64,000 bases of DNA from Giardia intestinalis. Taxonomy: Eukaryota. Where the stretch lies: NCBI GenBank assembly GCA_000002435.2, contig CM018791.1, one strand, 5' to 3'. Under the pieces are notes generated by a model. It saw only the letters and a list, made by a program, of their open reading frames with translations. It made no database searches and was not told the origin of the DNA. A program made the translations under genes and the position numbers. Numbering within the stretch: position 1 is the stretch's first letter; each line of letters opens with the position of its first letter. Of this stretch, positions 29,431-42,827 are shown one piece after another.

Positions 29431-31308
29431 CTCCTCTTCATGGGCGGGTGCTACAACAAGGATGCACACCCTGGCAGTGAGATATGCACAGCAGCCAGTA
29501 ACGGAGTATGCACTGCTTGTAATACAAAGAACGGCCTGTTCAAGAACCCAGTTACACCTCAGAAGCCTGGTAGTGAGTGCATCCTCTGCTGGGACACGGT
29601 GGGAGATGGCGCGACGAAGGGAGTAGAGAACTGCGCACAGTGTCAGGCACCACAGAGTGCAGGAGCAGCTACATGCACTGCCTGTCAAGATGGATACTAT
29701 AAGAACGCTCAGACATGTGAGAAGTGTGATCAGTCCTGTCTGACCTGTGAGACTACAGAGACCCAGTGTACCTCTTGTAAGGGAAATACGTTCCTGAAGG
29801 ATAATGCATGCGTGAATAGTGATGGATGCACTGGAAACACTTATGCTGACCCTGTGACAATGACCTGCAAGGCGTCTGCAATAACTGATTGCACCACGTG
29901 TGAGTACAACCCGGCAACTGGGGGCCCAAAGTGCACGGCATGTAATGGAGCTAAGATAGTCAAGGAAGAGGCCGACGGGACGACTACGTGTATAGACGCC
30001 GGCACCTGCACTCAAAGCGGAGCAACTGGTGAGAACTTCTTGAGCGACGGAGATGCCGAATGCATACTATGTAGCAACGATAGCAGCAAGACAGATAATA
30101 ACAAGGGAAGCCCCGGTTGCGGGACCTGCAGCAAGAACGGCGCTAAGCCAGAATGCAAGACGTGCCTCGATGGCTACTACGACAGCGGGAACGGTAACCC
30201 CGCCGTATGCGTTGCGTGCGCTGGCGATTGCGGAAAGTGCGGGCCAGGAGGCGCTATAGATACCTGTGAAAAGTGCAAGCCAGGGTTTTTCTTAAAGAAT
30301 GACGGGGCCAAGAAGTGCGTCCCCTGCGACGATCCGACAGATGGAGTGCCCGGCTGTGCAACGTGCACCTTCTCTAACTCGTTTACTTGTGACTCTTGTA
30401 AGGTGAACTACCAAAAGAAGGTAGGGGCTGGAGGAGCGGTCACGTGTGAGAAGACTTGTGAAGACCCTACTGCTTGTGGTGGTACTTCTGGCGCCTGCGA
30501 TGCAATAGTGATCGACAACACAGGGAAGGAGCTTCACTACTGTTCATACTGTGGAAAGGACAGTGAGTTCCCCATTAATGGACTATGTGTTGGGAATGAA
30601 AAGAAAGAGGGGAATAACTGTAACAGTCATACATGTACATCATGTACTACAGGATACTTCTTGTACATGGGAGGCTGCTATAAGTATGATACAGAACCAG
30701 GAAGCCTCATGTGCAAGACCGCTGAAGGGGGCAAGTGCACAGTTGCCAATGATGGTAATAAGTACTTCGTAGTACCAGAGGCACAGACCACTGATCGGTC
30801 CGTGTTGGCCTGTGGCAACCCCCTTGGCACACTAGTAGGCACTGATAGTACCTCTAAGGCATACGTGGGGGTACTCAACTGTTCACAGTGTACAGCCCCA
30901 GCAGCTCCATCTGATGGTGGCATGACTGCCGCCACGTGCACAGCGTGTACCAACAACAACAAGCCCAACCTGGCTGGGAGCGGGTGCTTCCCATGTACCG
31001 TTAGTGGATGCTCGCACTGCAACAGGGATGACATGTGCGAGGCATGCAGTAGTGGTAAGAAGGTGAGCCCTGGAAGGAAGTCATGCGTGGATAGCTGCCC
31101 CAGCAACTCCACTGATGATAACTCTGTCTGTGTGTGCAACGATGGATATAGCCCTGACAGCAGTGGGACCTCCTGTGTGTCCTCTGGCGCCAACAGGAGC
31201 GGCCTCAGCACAGGGGCCATCGCGGGCATCTCCGTGGCTGTGGTCGTTGTCGTGGGGGGCCTCGTGGGCTTCCTCTGCTGGTGGTTCATATGTAGAGGGA
31301 AGGCGTGA
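29431..31308 (+). pseudogene. 5'-truncated VSP copy, unit B (alpha type); homology starts at LLFMGGCY, i.e. ~150 codons into a VSP
   Basis: No signal-peptide exon is present. The VSP frame runs open through the junction (GTGATAGTG repeat read as VIVIVIV) into the previous gene's tail; track ORF 29158..31308 is an overlapping +1-frame ORF with ATG at 29158. An internal ATG at 29440 (MGGCY) has no signal peptide. The unit ends in CRGKA* plus a poly(A) signal. Confidence 0.6.
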
Positions 31309-31332
31309 CTTAGGTAGTGAATGCTGTACAAT

Positions 31333-31392
31333 GTGTGATAGAAGGTGATAGTGGGTGATAATGGGTGATAGAGGGTGATAGTGGAGTGTGAT
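31333..31392 (+). repeat. inter-unit junction decamer minisatellite (NNGGGTGATA)4-5 (beta-type junction)
   Basis: The sequence gtgtgata gaaggtgata gtgggtgata atgggtgata gagggtgata gtggagtgtgat shows a period-10 repeat. Copy-number and sequence variants occur at 35193-35250, 37094-37152, 38895-38948 and 42783-42832. Confidence 0.8.
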
Positions 31393-33214
31393 ATGCACAA
31401 AGGCTGAGGGAGGAGTGTGCACTGCTTGTAAGGCAGATAACGGCCTGTTCAAGAACCCAGTTACACCTCAGAAGCCTGGTGGGGAGTGCATACTGTGCTC
31501 TGATATCAAGGGAGCAGATGGATATACGGGGGTGGCTAACTGCGCACAGTGTACCAAGTCAGACAGTAGTCCAGGAGCAGCCACGTGTAGTACCTGCAGA
31601 GATGGATACTACATGGACTCTCAGGCATGTGTCAAATGTAATGACGCTTGTCTGACCTGCGATGGAAGTGGTCCGAATCAGTGTACATCGTGCCCAGAGG
31701 GGAAGTACCTGAAGACTGACAAGTCATGCGTGAATAATAATGGATGCACTGGAAACACTTATGCTGACCCTGTGACAATGACCTGCAAGGATTCTGCAAT
31801 AACTGATTGCACCACGTGTGAGTACAATGCGACCGTCAGTAAGCCCCAGTGCACCGCCTGTAATAACAATAAGAAGGTGAAGACGGCCATCGACGGCACC
31901 ACGACATGTGTTACTGTTACATCCGATTGCGTAGACGAGAATCACTTCAAGGCAGATGATGACTCAGCTTGTTATCTATGTAGTGATACAACAGGAACAG
32001 ACCCAAATAAAGGAGTGGCTAATTGTGCAACCTGTACTGCAGCACAACAATGCACTAAGTGCCTTCCGGGCTTCTTTAAGACTAGTGCTACAGCTTGTGA
32101 TGCTTGTGGTGATAACTGTGCCACATGTTCTGTTGCTGGTGATCCAAATAAGTGTGAAACCTGCAAGACTGGATACTTCTTGGTAACTACTACAGATCCA
32201 CAGGGGAAGAAGTGTGTCCCCTGTGACAGTACAACAGATGGTGGCCGCGAAGGCTGCAGTGTCTGCTCTAGCAACGGTGGATTCAAGTGCACTGAATGTA
32301 AGCCCAACTATAAGAAGCAGTCCAATGGTGATGCGGGGGATGACTATACATGTGTGAAGACCTGCGAGGACCCCACGGCTTGTGGTGGTACTTCTGGCGC
32401 CTGTGATGCCATCGTAATCGACAACACAGGGAAGGAGCTTCACTACTGTTCATACTGTGGAAAGGACAGTGAGTTCCCCATTAATGGACTATGTGTTGGG
32501 AATGAAAAGAAAGAGGGGAATAACTGTAACAGTCATACATGTACATCATGTACTACAGGATACTTCTTGTACATGGGAGGCTGCTATAAGTATGATACAG
32601 AACCAGGAAGCCTCATGTGCAAGACCGCTGAAGGGGGCAAGTGCACAGTTGCCAATGATGGTAATAAGTACTTCGTAGTACCAGAGGCACAGACCACTGA
32701 TCGGTCCGTGTTGGCCTGTGGCAACCCCCTTGGCACACTAGTAGGCACTGATAGTACCTCTAAGGCATACGTGGGGGTACTCAACTGTTCACAGTGTAAA
32801 GCACCAGTAGCTCTGACAACAGTTGGTATGGCTGCCGCTGTCTGTACCTCCTGTGACAATAGTAAGAAGCCCAACAGGGATGGCAGTGGGTGCTTCCCAT
32901 GTACCGTTAGTGGATGCTCGCACTGCAACAGGGATGACATGTGCGAGGCATGCAGTAGTGGTAAGAAGGTGAGCCCTGGAAGGAAGTCATGCGTGGATAG
33001 CTGCCCCAGCAACTCCACTGACACCGACTCTGTCTGTGTGTGCAACGATGGATACAGCCCTGACAGCAGTGGGACCTCCTGTGCGTCCTCTGGCACCAAC
33101 AGGAGCGGCCTCAGCACAGGGGCCATCGCGGGGATCGCCGTCGCCGTGGTCGTCGTTGTGGGGGGCCTCGTGGGCTTCCTCTGCTGGTGGTTCATATGTA
33201 GAGGGAAGGCGTGA
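31388..33214 (+). pseudogene. 5'-truncated VSP copy, unit C (beta type); begins at ICTKAEGGVCTAC
   Basis: The track start at 31388 is a GTG, and a TAG lies 4 codons upstream in frame, so there is no in-frame ATG or signal peptide. The ~600-aa VSP body and CRGKA tail are intact. Confidence 0.6.
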
Positions 33215-33293
33215 CTTAGGTAGTGAATGCTGTACAGTGATAGTGATAGTGATAGTGCTATGTGGTGTGTGGGGTGATAGTGGTGGTGTGGGA

Positions 33294-35168
33294 CTCCTCT
33301 TCATGGGCGGGTGCTACAACAGGACAAGACCTGGCAGTGAGATATGCACAGCAGCCAGTAACGGAGTATGCACTGCTTGTAATACAAAGAACGGCCTGTT
33401 CAAGAACCCAGTTACACCTCAGAAGCCTGGTAGTGAGTGCATCCTCTGCTGGGACACGGTGGGAGATGGCGCGACGAAGGGAGTAGAGAACTGCGCACAG
33501 TGTCAGGCACCACAGAGTGCAGGAGCAGCTACATGCACTGCCTGTCAAGATGGATACTATAAGAACGCTCAGACATGTGAGAAGTGTGATCAGTCCTGTC
33601 TGACCTGTGAGACTACAGAGACCCAGTGTACCTCTTGTAAGGGAAATACGTTCCTGAAGGATAATGCATGCGTGAATAGTGATGGATGCACTGGAAACAC
33701 TTATGCTGACCCTGTGACAATGACCTGCAAGGCGTCTGCAATAACTGATTGCACCACGTGTGAGTACAACCCGGCAACTGGGGGCCCAAAGTGCACGGCA
33801 TGTAATGGAGCTAAGATAGTCAAGGAAGAGGCCGACGGGACGACTACGTGTATAGACGCCGGCACCTGCACTCAAAGCGGAGCAACTGGTGAGAACTTCT
33901 TGAGCGACGGAGATGCCGAATGCATACTATGTAGCAACGATAGCAGCAAGACAGATAATAACAAGGGAAGCCCCGGTTGCGGGACCTGCAGCAAGAACGG
34001 CGCTAAGCCAGAATGCAAGACGTGCCTCGATGGCTACTACGACAGCGGGAACGGTAACCCCGCCGTATGCGTTGCGTGCGCTGGCGATTGCGGAAAGTGC
34101 GGGCCAGGAGGCGCTATAGATACCTGTGAAAAGTGCAAGCCAGGGTTTTTCTTAAAGAATGACGGGGCCAAGAAGTGCGTCCCCTGCGACGATCCGACAG
34201 ATGGAGTGCCCGGCTGTGCAACGTGCACCTTCTCTAACTCGTTTACTTGTGACTCTTGTAAGGTGAACTACCAAAAGAAGGTAGGGGCTGGAGGAGCGGT
34301 CACGTGTGAGAAGACTTGTGAAGACCCTACTGCTTGTGGTGGTACTTCTGGCGCCTGCGATGCAATAGTGATCGACAACACAGGGAAGGAGCTTCACTAC
34401 TGTTCATACTGTGGAAAGGACAGTGAGTTCCCCATTAATGGACTATGTGTTGGGAATGAAAAGAAAGAGGGGAATAACTGTAACAGTCATACATGTACAT
34501 CATGTACTACAGGATACTTCTTGTACATGGGAGGCTGCTATAAGTATGATACAGAACCAGGAAGCCTCATGTGCAAGACCGCTGAAGGGGGCAAGTGCAC
34601 AGTTGCCAATGATGGTAATAAGTACTTCGTAGTACCAGAGGCACAGACCACTGATCGGTCCGTGTTGGCCTGTGGCAACCCCCTTGGCACACTAGTAGGC
34701 ACTGATAGTACCTCTAAGGCATACGTGGGGGTACTCAACTGTTCACAGTGTACAGCCCCAGCAGCTCCATCTGAGGGTGGCATGACTGCCGCCACGTGCA
34801 CAGCGTGTACCAACAACAACAAGCCCAACCTGGCTGGGAGCGGGTGCTTCCCATGTACCGTTAGTGGATGCTCGCACTGCAACAGGGATGACATGTGCGA
34901 GGCATGCAGTAGTGGTAAGAAGGTGAGCCCTGGAAGGAAGTCATGCGTGGATAGCTGCCCCAGCAACTCCACTGACACCGACTCTGTCTGTGTGTGCAAC
35001 GATGGATACAGCCCTGACAGCAGTGGGACCTCCTGTGCGTCCTCTGGCACCAACAGGAGCGGGCTCTCCACGGGGGCCATCGCGGGCATCTCCGTCGCTG
35101 TGGTCGTCGTCGTGGGGGGCCTCGTGGGCTTCTTGTGTTGGTGGTTCGTGTGTAGAGGGAAGGCGTGA
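33294..35168 (+). pseudogene. 5'-truncated VSP copy, unit D (alpha type, near-identical to units B and H)
   Basis: Same structure as unit B. The overlapping-frame ATG is at 33048 (track ORF 33036..35168 starts at a GTG). The unit differs from B and H at a 6-7-codon hypervariable site after GGCY (NRTRPG vs NKDAHPG vs KAGQDPG) and at small C-terminal patches. Confidence 0.6.
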
Positions 35169-35245
35169 CTTAGGTAGTGAATGCTATACAATGTGTGATA
35201 GAGGGTGATAATGGGTGATAATGGGTGATAGGGTGATAGTGGAGT

Positions 35246-37066
35246 GTGATATGCACAGCAGCCAGTAATGGAGTGTGCACTGAGTGTAATACAGATAGTC
35301 AGTACATATTCCAGAACAGGGCTACACCTCAGAAACCTGGTAGTGAGTGCATTCTGTGCTGGGACACGGTGGGAGATGGCGCGACAAAGGGAGTAGAGAA
35401 CTGCGCCACATGTACAGCGCCAGCTAGTAGTCCAGGAGCTGCCACGTGCGCTGAGTGCAAGGCAGGGTACTATAAAGAGAATAACGAATGCAAACCATGC
35501 CAGGAGAACTGTGCCACATGTACCGGGGCCGGTCAGAATCAGTGTTCATCTTGTAAAGCGGGCTTCTATCTGAAGACTGACAAGTCATGCTCAGAAACCT
35601 GCGATAATAACCAGTACTCCAACCCAAGCACCGGCAAGTGCACAGCCTGTAGTGATGCAGAAGCGGGGATAGCTGATTGCGACACATGCACATACGATAC
35701 GACGCTGCAGAAGCCGAAGTGCACAGCCTGTGGTAGCAGTGGGAAAAAGGTGAAGACGGCCATCGACGGCACCACGACATGTGTTACTGTTACATCCGAT
35801 TGCGTAGACGAGAATCACTTCAAGGCAGATGATGACTCAGCTTGTTATCTATGTAGTGATACAACAGGAACAGACCCAAATAAAGGAGTGGCTAATTGTG
35901 CAACCTGTACTGCAGCACAACAATGCACTAAGTGCCTTCCGGGCTTCTTTAAGACTAGTGCTACAGCTTGTGATGCTTGTGGTGATAACTGTGCCACATG
36001 TTCTGTTGCTGGTGATCCAAATAAGTGTGAAACCTGCAAGACTGGATACTTCTTGGTAACTACTACAGATCCACAGGGGAAGAAGTGTGTCCCCTGTGAC
36101 AGTACAACAGATGGTGGCCGCGAAGGCTGCAGTGTCTGCTCTAGCAACGGTGGATTCAAGTGCACTGAATGTAAGCCCAACTATAAGAAGCAGTCCAATG
36201 GTGATGCGGGGGATGACTATACATGTGTGAAGACCTGCGAGGACCCCACGGCTTGTGGTGGTACTTCTGGCGCCTGTGATGCCATCGTAATCGACAACAC
36301 AGGGAAGGAGCTTCACTACTGTTCTTACTGTGGAAAGGACAGTGAGTTCCCTATTGATGGTATATGTAATAGTGATAAAGGAACTAATCAATGTAATCAA
36401 GGTGTATGTACATCATGTACTACGGGGTACTTTATGTACATGAATGGTTGTTACAAGGTGACAGAGGTGCCGGGTAAGTCCATGTGCACAAAGGCAGGTG
36501 ATGGTGTCTGCACAGAGGCGGCAGCTGGGTACTTCATCCCTCCCTCGCCCACCAAGGACAAGCAGTCTGTCCTCTCCTGTGGGAACCCCCTTGGGGTCGA
36601 GCTGGCTGGTCAGAAGGCATACGTAGGAGTAGATGGCTGCTCCCAGTGTAAAGCACCAGTAGCTCTGACAACAGTTGGTATGGCTGCCGCTGTCTGTACC
36701 TCCTGTGACAATAGTAAGAAGCCCAACAGGGATGGCAGTGGGTGCTTCACATGTACCGTTAGTGGATGCTCGCACTGCAACAGGGATGACATGTGCGAGG
36801 CATGCAGTAGTGGTAAGAAGGTGAGCCCTGGAAGGAAGTCATGCGTGGATAGCTGCCCCAGCAACTCCACTGACACCGACTCTGTCTGTGTGTGCAACGA
36901 TGGATACAGCCCTGACAGCAGTGGGACCTCCTGTGCGTCCTCTGGCACCAACAGGAGCGGGCTCTCCACGGGGGCCATCGCGGGCATCTCCGTGGCTGTG
37001 GTCGTTGTCGTGGGGGGCCTCGTGGGCTTCCTCTGCTGGTGGTTCATATGTAGAGGGAAGGCGTAG
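35246..37066 (+). pseudogene. 5'-truncated VSP copy, unit E (unique N-terminal block, mosaic of C-like and I-like blocks)
   Basis: The track start is a GTG and there is no in-frame ATG or signal peptide. The unit ends CRGKA* (TAG at 37064-37066). Confidence 0.6.
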
Positions 37067-37148
37067 GTACTTAGGTAGTGAATGCTGTACAATGTGTGAT
37101 AGAAGGTGATAGTGGGTGATAATGGGTGATAGAGGGTGATAGTGGAGT

Positions 37149-38870
37149 GTGATATGCACAAAGGCTGAGGGAGGAGTGTGCACTGCTTGTAAGGCAGATA
37201 ACGGCCTGTTCAAGAACCCGGCTGCAGCACCGAAGCCTGGTAGTGAGTGCATACTGTGCTCTGATATCAAGGGAGCAGATGGATATACGGGGGTGGCTAA
37301 CTGCGCACAGTGTACCAAGTCAGACAGTAGTCCAGGAGCAGCCACGTGTAGTACCTGCAGAGATGGATACTACATGGACTCTCAGGCATGTGTCAAATGT
37401 AATGACGCTTGTCTGACCTGCGATGGAAGTGGTCCGAATCAGTGTACATCGTGCCCAGAGGGGAAGTACCTGAAGACTGACAAGTCATGCGTGAATAATA
37501 ATGGATGCACTGGAAACACTTATGCTGACCCTGTGACAATGACCTGCAAGGATTCTGCAATAACTGATTGCACCACGTGTGAGTACAATGCGACCGTCAG
37601 TAAGCCCCAGTGCACCGCCTGTAATAACAATAAGAAGGTGAAGACGGCCATCGACGGCACCACGACATGTGTTACTGTTACATCCGATTGCGTAGACGAG
37701 AATCACTTCAAGGCAGATGATGACTCAGCTTGTTATCTATGTAGTGATACAACAGGAACAGACCCAAATAAAGGAGTGGCTAATTGTGCAACCTGTACTG
37801 CAGCACAACAATGCACTAAGTGCCTTCCGGGCTTCTTTAAGACTAGTGCTACAGCTTGTGATGCTTGTGGTGATAACTGTGCCACATGTTCTGTTGCTGG
37901 TGATCCAAATAAGTGTGAAACCTGCAAGACTGGATACTTCTTAGTAACTACTACAGATCAACAGGGGAAGAAGTGCGTCCCATGCGATAGCGTAGACGAT
38001 AAGGGTCGCGAAGGCTGCAGTGTCTGCTCTAACAACGGTGCTTTCAAGTGCACTGACTGTAAGCCTAACTATCGCAAGGAGGGCAGTACTGGCTCTGTCA
38101 CATGCACCAAGATCTGTGAAGATGATACTGCCTGTGGAGGAACTTCTGGTGCCTGCGATGCAATAGTGATTGATGATAAGGGTGTAGAGCATCATTATTG
38201 CTCATACTGTGGAGAAGCTAATACGTATCCTATAGATGGGAAGTGTAATAGTGCTAAAGCAAATAATCAATGTGATCAAGGTGTATGTACACAATGCACT
38301 AACAACTACTTCTTGTATATGGGAGGTTGTTACAAGGTTGATACAGTACCTGGACAACATATGTGCAAGACAGCAGCCAACGGTGTCTGTACTGCTGTTA
38401 ATGCCAACAATAGGTACTTCATAGTCCCTGGGGCAACCAATCAGAATCAGTCTGTATTGGCATGTAGCAACTCCCTTGGCACACTAGTAGGCACTGGTGA
38501 TACCTCTAAGGCATATGTGGGGGTAGATGGCTGTTCGGCATGTACGGCCCCAGCAGCTCTGTCTGATGGTGGTATGACTGCCGCTGTGTGTACCTCCTGT
38601 GACAGTGGTAAGGTGCCCAACAAGGACGGCAGTGGGTGTGTGACATGCTCTGTGGGTGATTGTAAGAGCTGTGTGATGGATAATATATGTGAAGAGTGCA
38701 ACAGTGGTTTCAGCATAGACAGCAGTGGGGCCTCCTGTGTGTCTATGAGTACCAACAGGAGCGGGCTCTCCACGGGGGCCATCGCGGGGATCTCCGTCGC
38801 TGTGGTCGTTGTCGTGGGGGGCCTCGTGGGCTTCCTCTGCTGGTGGTTCATATGTAGAGGGAAGGCATGA
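37149..38870 (+). pseudogene. 5'-truncated VSP copy, unit F (beta-type 5' half, unique 3' half)
   Basis: GTG track start with no in-frame ATG or signal peptide. Ends ...WWFICRGKA* followed by the variant poly(A) signal ACTCAGGTAGTGAAT at 38870-38884. Confidence 0.6.
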
Positions 38871-38943
38871 CTCAGGTAGTGAATGCTATACAATGTGTGA
38901 TAATGGGTAATAGAGGGTGATAGTGTGATAGTGATAGTGGAGT

Positions 38944-40791
38944 GTGATATGCACAAAGGCCAGTAGTGGACTGTGCACTGCTTGTAAGACAGATAACAAG
39001 TACATATTCCAGAACAGGGCAGACAAGGTGACTCCTGGTGGGGAGTGCATCTTGTGCTCTGATATCAAGGGAGCGAATGAGAACAAAGGAGTGGCCAACT
39101 GCCTCAAGTGCACGGCGCCAGCTAGTAGTCCAGGACCTGCCACGTGTACTGAGTGCAAGGCTGGGTACGTTAAGGATAGCGTTTCTAATACGTGTAAGAA
39201 GTGCGGAGAGGGCTGCTCAGAGAGTAATCAAAATCAATGCTCGGCATGCGTTGAGGGGAAGTACCTGAAGGGTGATAACACTTGTGTAGAGGCTAGTGGA
39301 TGCGGTGCTGGTAACTATGCAGACCCGACAACAGGCCAATGTAAGGCATGTGATCCCGACATAGCTGGGTGCACCGCATGTGAATATAATGATGCCACGG
39401 GGAAGCCAAGGTGCACCAACTGCGGGACCAATAAGACCCCCAGGACGACCCTTGATGGGACCTCGACCTGTGTGACAAAAGACTACGCTGGATGTAAAGG
39501 CGCTGACGGGGCCCTATTTATGAAGGAGGACAAAACATGTGTTTTATGCAGTACCGTTTCAGCTGGAGCCGATCCAAATGACCAGGGCATTGCCGGGTGT
39601 AAGAAGTGTACCAAGGACTCGGCGACACCGCCAACCTGCTCGGAGTGCCTCGACGGATATTACAATAGCGCAACTGGTGGTAGTGGTACGGCTACATGTG
39701 AAGCTTGTGGTGATAATTGTGCCACCTGTGCTAAGGATACAAAAGACCAATGCATGACCTGTAAGCCCGGGTTCTTCATGAAAGGTAGTGGTCCTGGCAC
39801 ATGCGTCCCCTGTGATGACCAAACAGATGGAGTGCCTGGCTGTGCAACGTGCACCTTCTCTAGCTCGTTGACCTGCAACTCCTGTAAGCCCAACTACAAG
39901 CAGAGTGGTACCGGTCCTTTTACATGCACCAAGACTTGTGAAGACCCCACTGCCTGCGGGGGCACTTCTGGTGCCTGCGATGCCATGATAATTGATGATC
40001 AGGGCACCACAAAGCACTACTGTTCCTACTGTGGAGAGACCAATAAGATACCAATTGATGGGAAGTGTGTTGATAGTGGTAGTATAAATGGTAATACTTG
40101 TGCTAAAGGTGTATGTACACAGTGTGCTCAAGGATACTTCTTATACATGGGAGGCTGTTATAAGGTAGCAAGTCCACCCGGTAACCTCATGTGCACTGAA
40201 GCAACAACAGCTGGTGTCTGTGATACACCCAATGCCAATAATAAGTACTTCGTAGTCCCAGAAGCAAAGCCTACTCAACAGTCTGTGTTGGCTTGTGGTA
40301 ACCCCCTGGGCACACTAGTAGGCACTGATAGTACCGCTAAGGCATATGTGGGGGTGGATGGCTGCTCCCAGTGTACAGCCCCAACAGCTCCATCTGAGGG
40401 TGGCATGACTGCCGCCACGTGCACAGCGTGTACCAACAACAACAAGCCCAACCTGGCTGGGAGCGGGTGCTTCCCATGTACCGTTAGTGGATGCTCGCAC
40501 TGCAACAGGGATGACATGTGCGAGGCATGCAGTAGTGGTAAGAAGGTGAGCCCTGGAAGGAAGTCATGCGTGGATAGCTGCCCCAGCAACTCCACTGATG
40601 ATAACTCTGTCTGTGTGTGCAACGATGGATACAGCCCTGACAGCAGTGGGACCTCCTGTGTGTCCTCTGGCGCCAACAGGAGCGGCCTCAGCACAGGGGC
40701 CATCGCGGGGATCGCCGTCGCCGTGGTCGTCGTTGTGGGGGGCCTCGTGGGCTTCCTCTGCTGGTGGTTCATATGTAGAGGGAAGGCGTGA
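38944..40791 (+). pseudogene. 5'-truncated VSP copy, unit G (unique 5' block; 3' two-thirds identical to the head VSP)
   Basis: GTG track start with no signal peptide. From ~39345 onward it is nucleotide-identical to 27905-29351 of the head gene, an 11,440-bp offset. Confidence 0.6.
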
Positions 40792-40870
40792 CTTAGGTAG
40801 TGAATGCTGTACAGTGATAGTGATAGTGATAGTGCTATGTGGTGTGTGGGGTGATAGTGGTGGTGTGGGA

Positions 40871-42748
40871 CTCCTCTTCATGGGCGGGTGCTACAAGGCA
40901 GGACAAGATCCTGGCAGTGAGATATGCACAGCAGCCAGTAACGGAGTATGCACTGCTTGTAATACAAAGAACGGCCTGTTCAAGAACCCAGTTACACCTC
41001 AGAAGCCTGGTAGTGAGTGCATCCTCTGCTGGGACACGGTGGGAGATGGCGCGACGAAGGGAGTAGAGAACTGCGCACAGTGTCAGGCACCACAGAGTGC
41101 AGGAGCAGCTACATGCACTGCCTGTCAAGATGGATACTATAAGAACGCTCAGACATGTGAGAAGTGTGATCAGTCCTGTCTGACCTGTGAGACTACAGAG
41201 ACCCAGTGTACCTCTTGTAAGGGAAATACGTTCCTGAAGGATAATGCATGCGTGAATAGTGATGGATGCACTGGAAACACTTATGCTGACCCTGTGACAA
41301 TGACCTGCAAGGCGTCTGCAATAACTGATTGCACCACGTGTGAGTACAACCCGGCAACTGGGGGCCCAAAGTGCACGGCATGTAATGGAGCTAAGATAGT
41401 CAAGGAAGAGGCCGACGGGACGACTACGTGTATAGACGCCGGCACCTGCACTCAAAGCGGAGCAACTGGTGAGAACTTCTTGAGCGACGGAGATGCCGAA
41501 TGCATACTATGTAGCAACGATAGCAGCAAGACAGATAATAACAAGGGAAGCCCCGGTTGCGGGACCTGCAGCAAGAACGGCGCTAAGCCAGAATGCAAGA
41601 CGTGCCTCGATGGCTACTACGACAGCGGGAACGGTAACCCCGCCGTATGCGTTGCGTGCGCTGGCGATTGCGGAAAGTGCGGGCCAGGAGGCGCTATAGA
41701 TACCTGTGAAAAGTGCAAGCCAGGGTTTTTCTTAAAGAATGACGGGGCCAAGAAGTGCGTCCCCTGCGACGATCCGACAGATGGAGTGCCCGGCTGTGCA
41801 ACGTGCACCTTCTCTAACTCGTTTACTTGTGACTCTTGTAAGGTGAACTACCAAAAGAAGGTAGGGGCTGGAGGAGCGGTCACGTGTGAGAAGACTTGTG
41901 AAGACCCTACTGCTTGTGGTGGTACTTCTGGCGCCTGCGATGCAATAGTGATCGACAACACAGGGAAGGAGCTTCACTACTGTTCATACTGTGGAAAGGA
42001 CAGTGAGTTCCCCATTAATGGACTATGTGTTGGGAATGAAAAGAAAGAGGGGAATAACTGTAACAGTCATACATGTACATCATGTACTACAGGATACTTC
42101 TTGTACATGGGAGGCTGCTATAAGTATGATACAGAACCAGGAAGCCTCATGTGCAAGACCGCTGAAGGGGGCAAGTGCACAGTTGCCAATGATGGTAATA
42201 AGTACTTCGTAGTACCAGAGGCACAGACCACTGATCGGTCCGTGTTGGCCTGTGGCAACCCCCTTGGCACACTAGTAGGCACTGATAGTACCTCTAAGGC
42301 ATACGTGGGGGTACTCAACTGTTCACAGTGTACAGCCCCAGCAGCTCCATCTGAGGGTGGCATGACTGCCGCCACGTGCACAGCGTGTACCAACAACAAC
42401 AAGCCCAACCTGGCTGGGAGCGGGTGCTTCCCATGTACCGTTAGTGGATGCTCGCACTGCAACAGGGATGACATGTGCGAGGCATGCAGTAGTGGTAAGA
42501 AGGTGAGCCCTGGAAGGAAGTCATGCGTGGATAGCTGCCCCAGCAACTCCACTGACACCGACTCTGTCTGTGTGTGCAACGATGGATACAGCCCTGACAG
42601 CAGTGGGACCTCCTGTGCGTCCTCTGGCACCAACAGGAGCGGGCTCTCCACGGGGGCCATCGCGGGGATCTCCGTCGCCGTGGTCGTTGTCGTGGGGGGC
42701 CTCGTGGGCTTCCTCTGCTGGTGGTTCATATGTAGAGGGAAGGCGTGA
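40871..42748 (+). pseudogene. 5'-truncated VSP copy, unit H (alpha type)
   Basis: Same as units B and D; track ORF 40598..42748 is the overlapping-frame ORF. Confidence 0.6.
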
Positions 42749-42827
42749 CTTAGGTAGTGAATGCTGTACAATGTGTGATAGAAGGTGATAGTGGGTGATA
42801 ATGGGTGATAGAGGGTGATAGTGGAGT

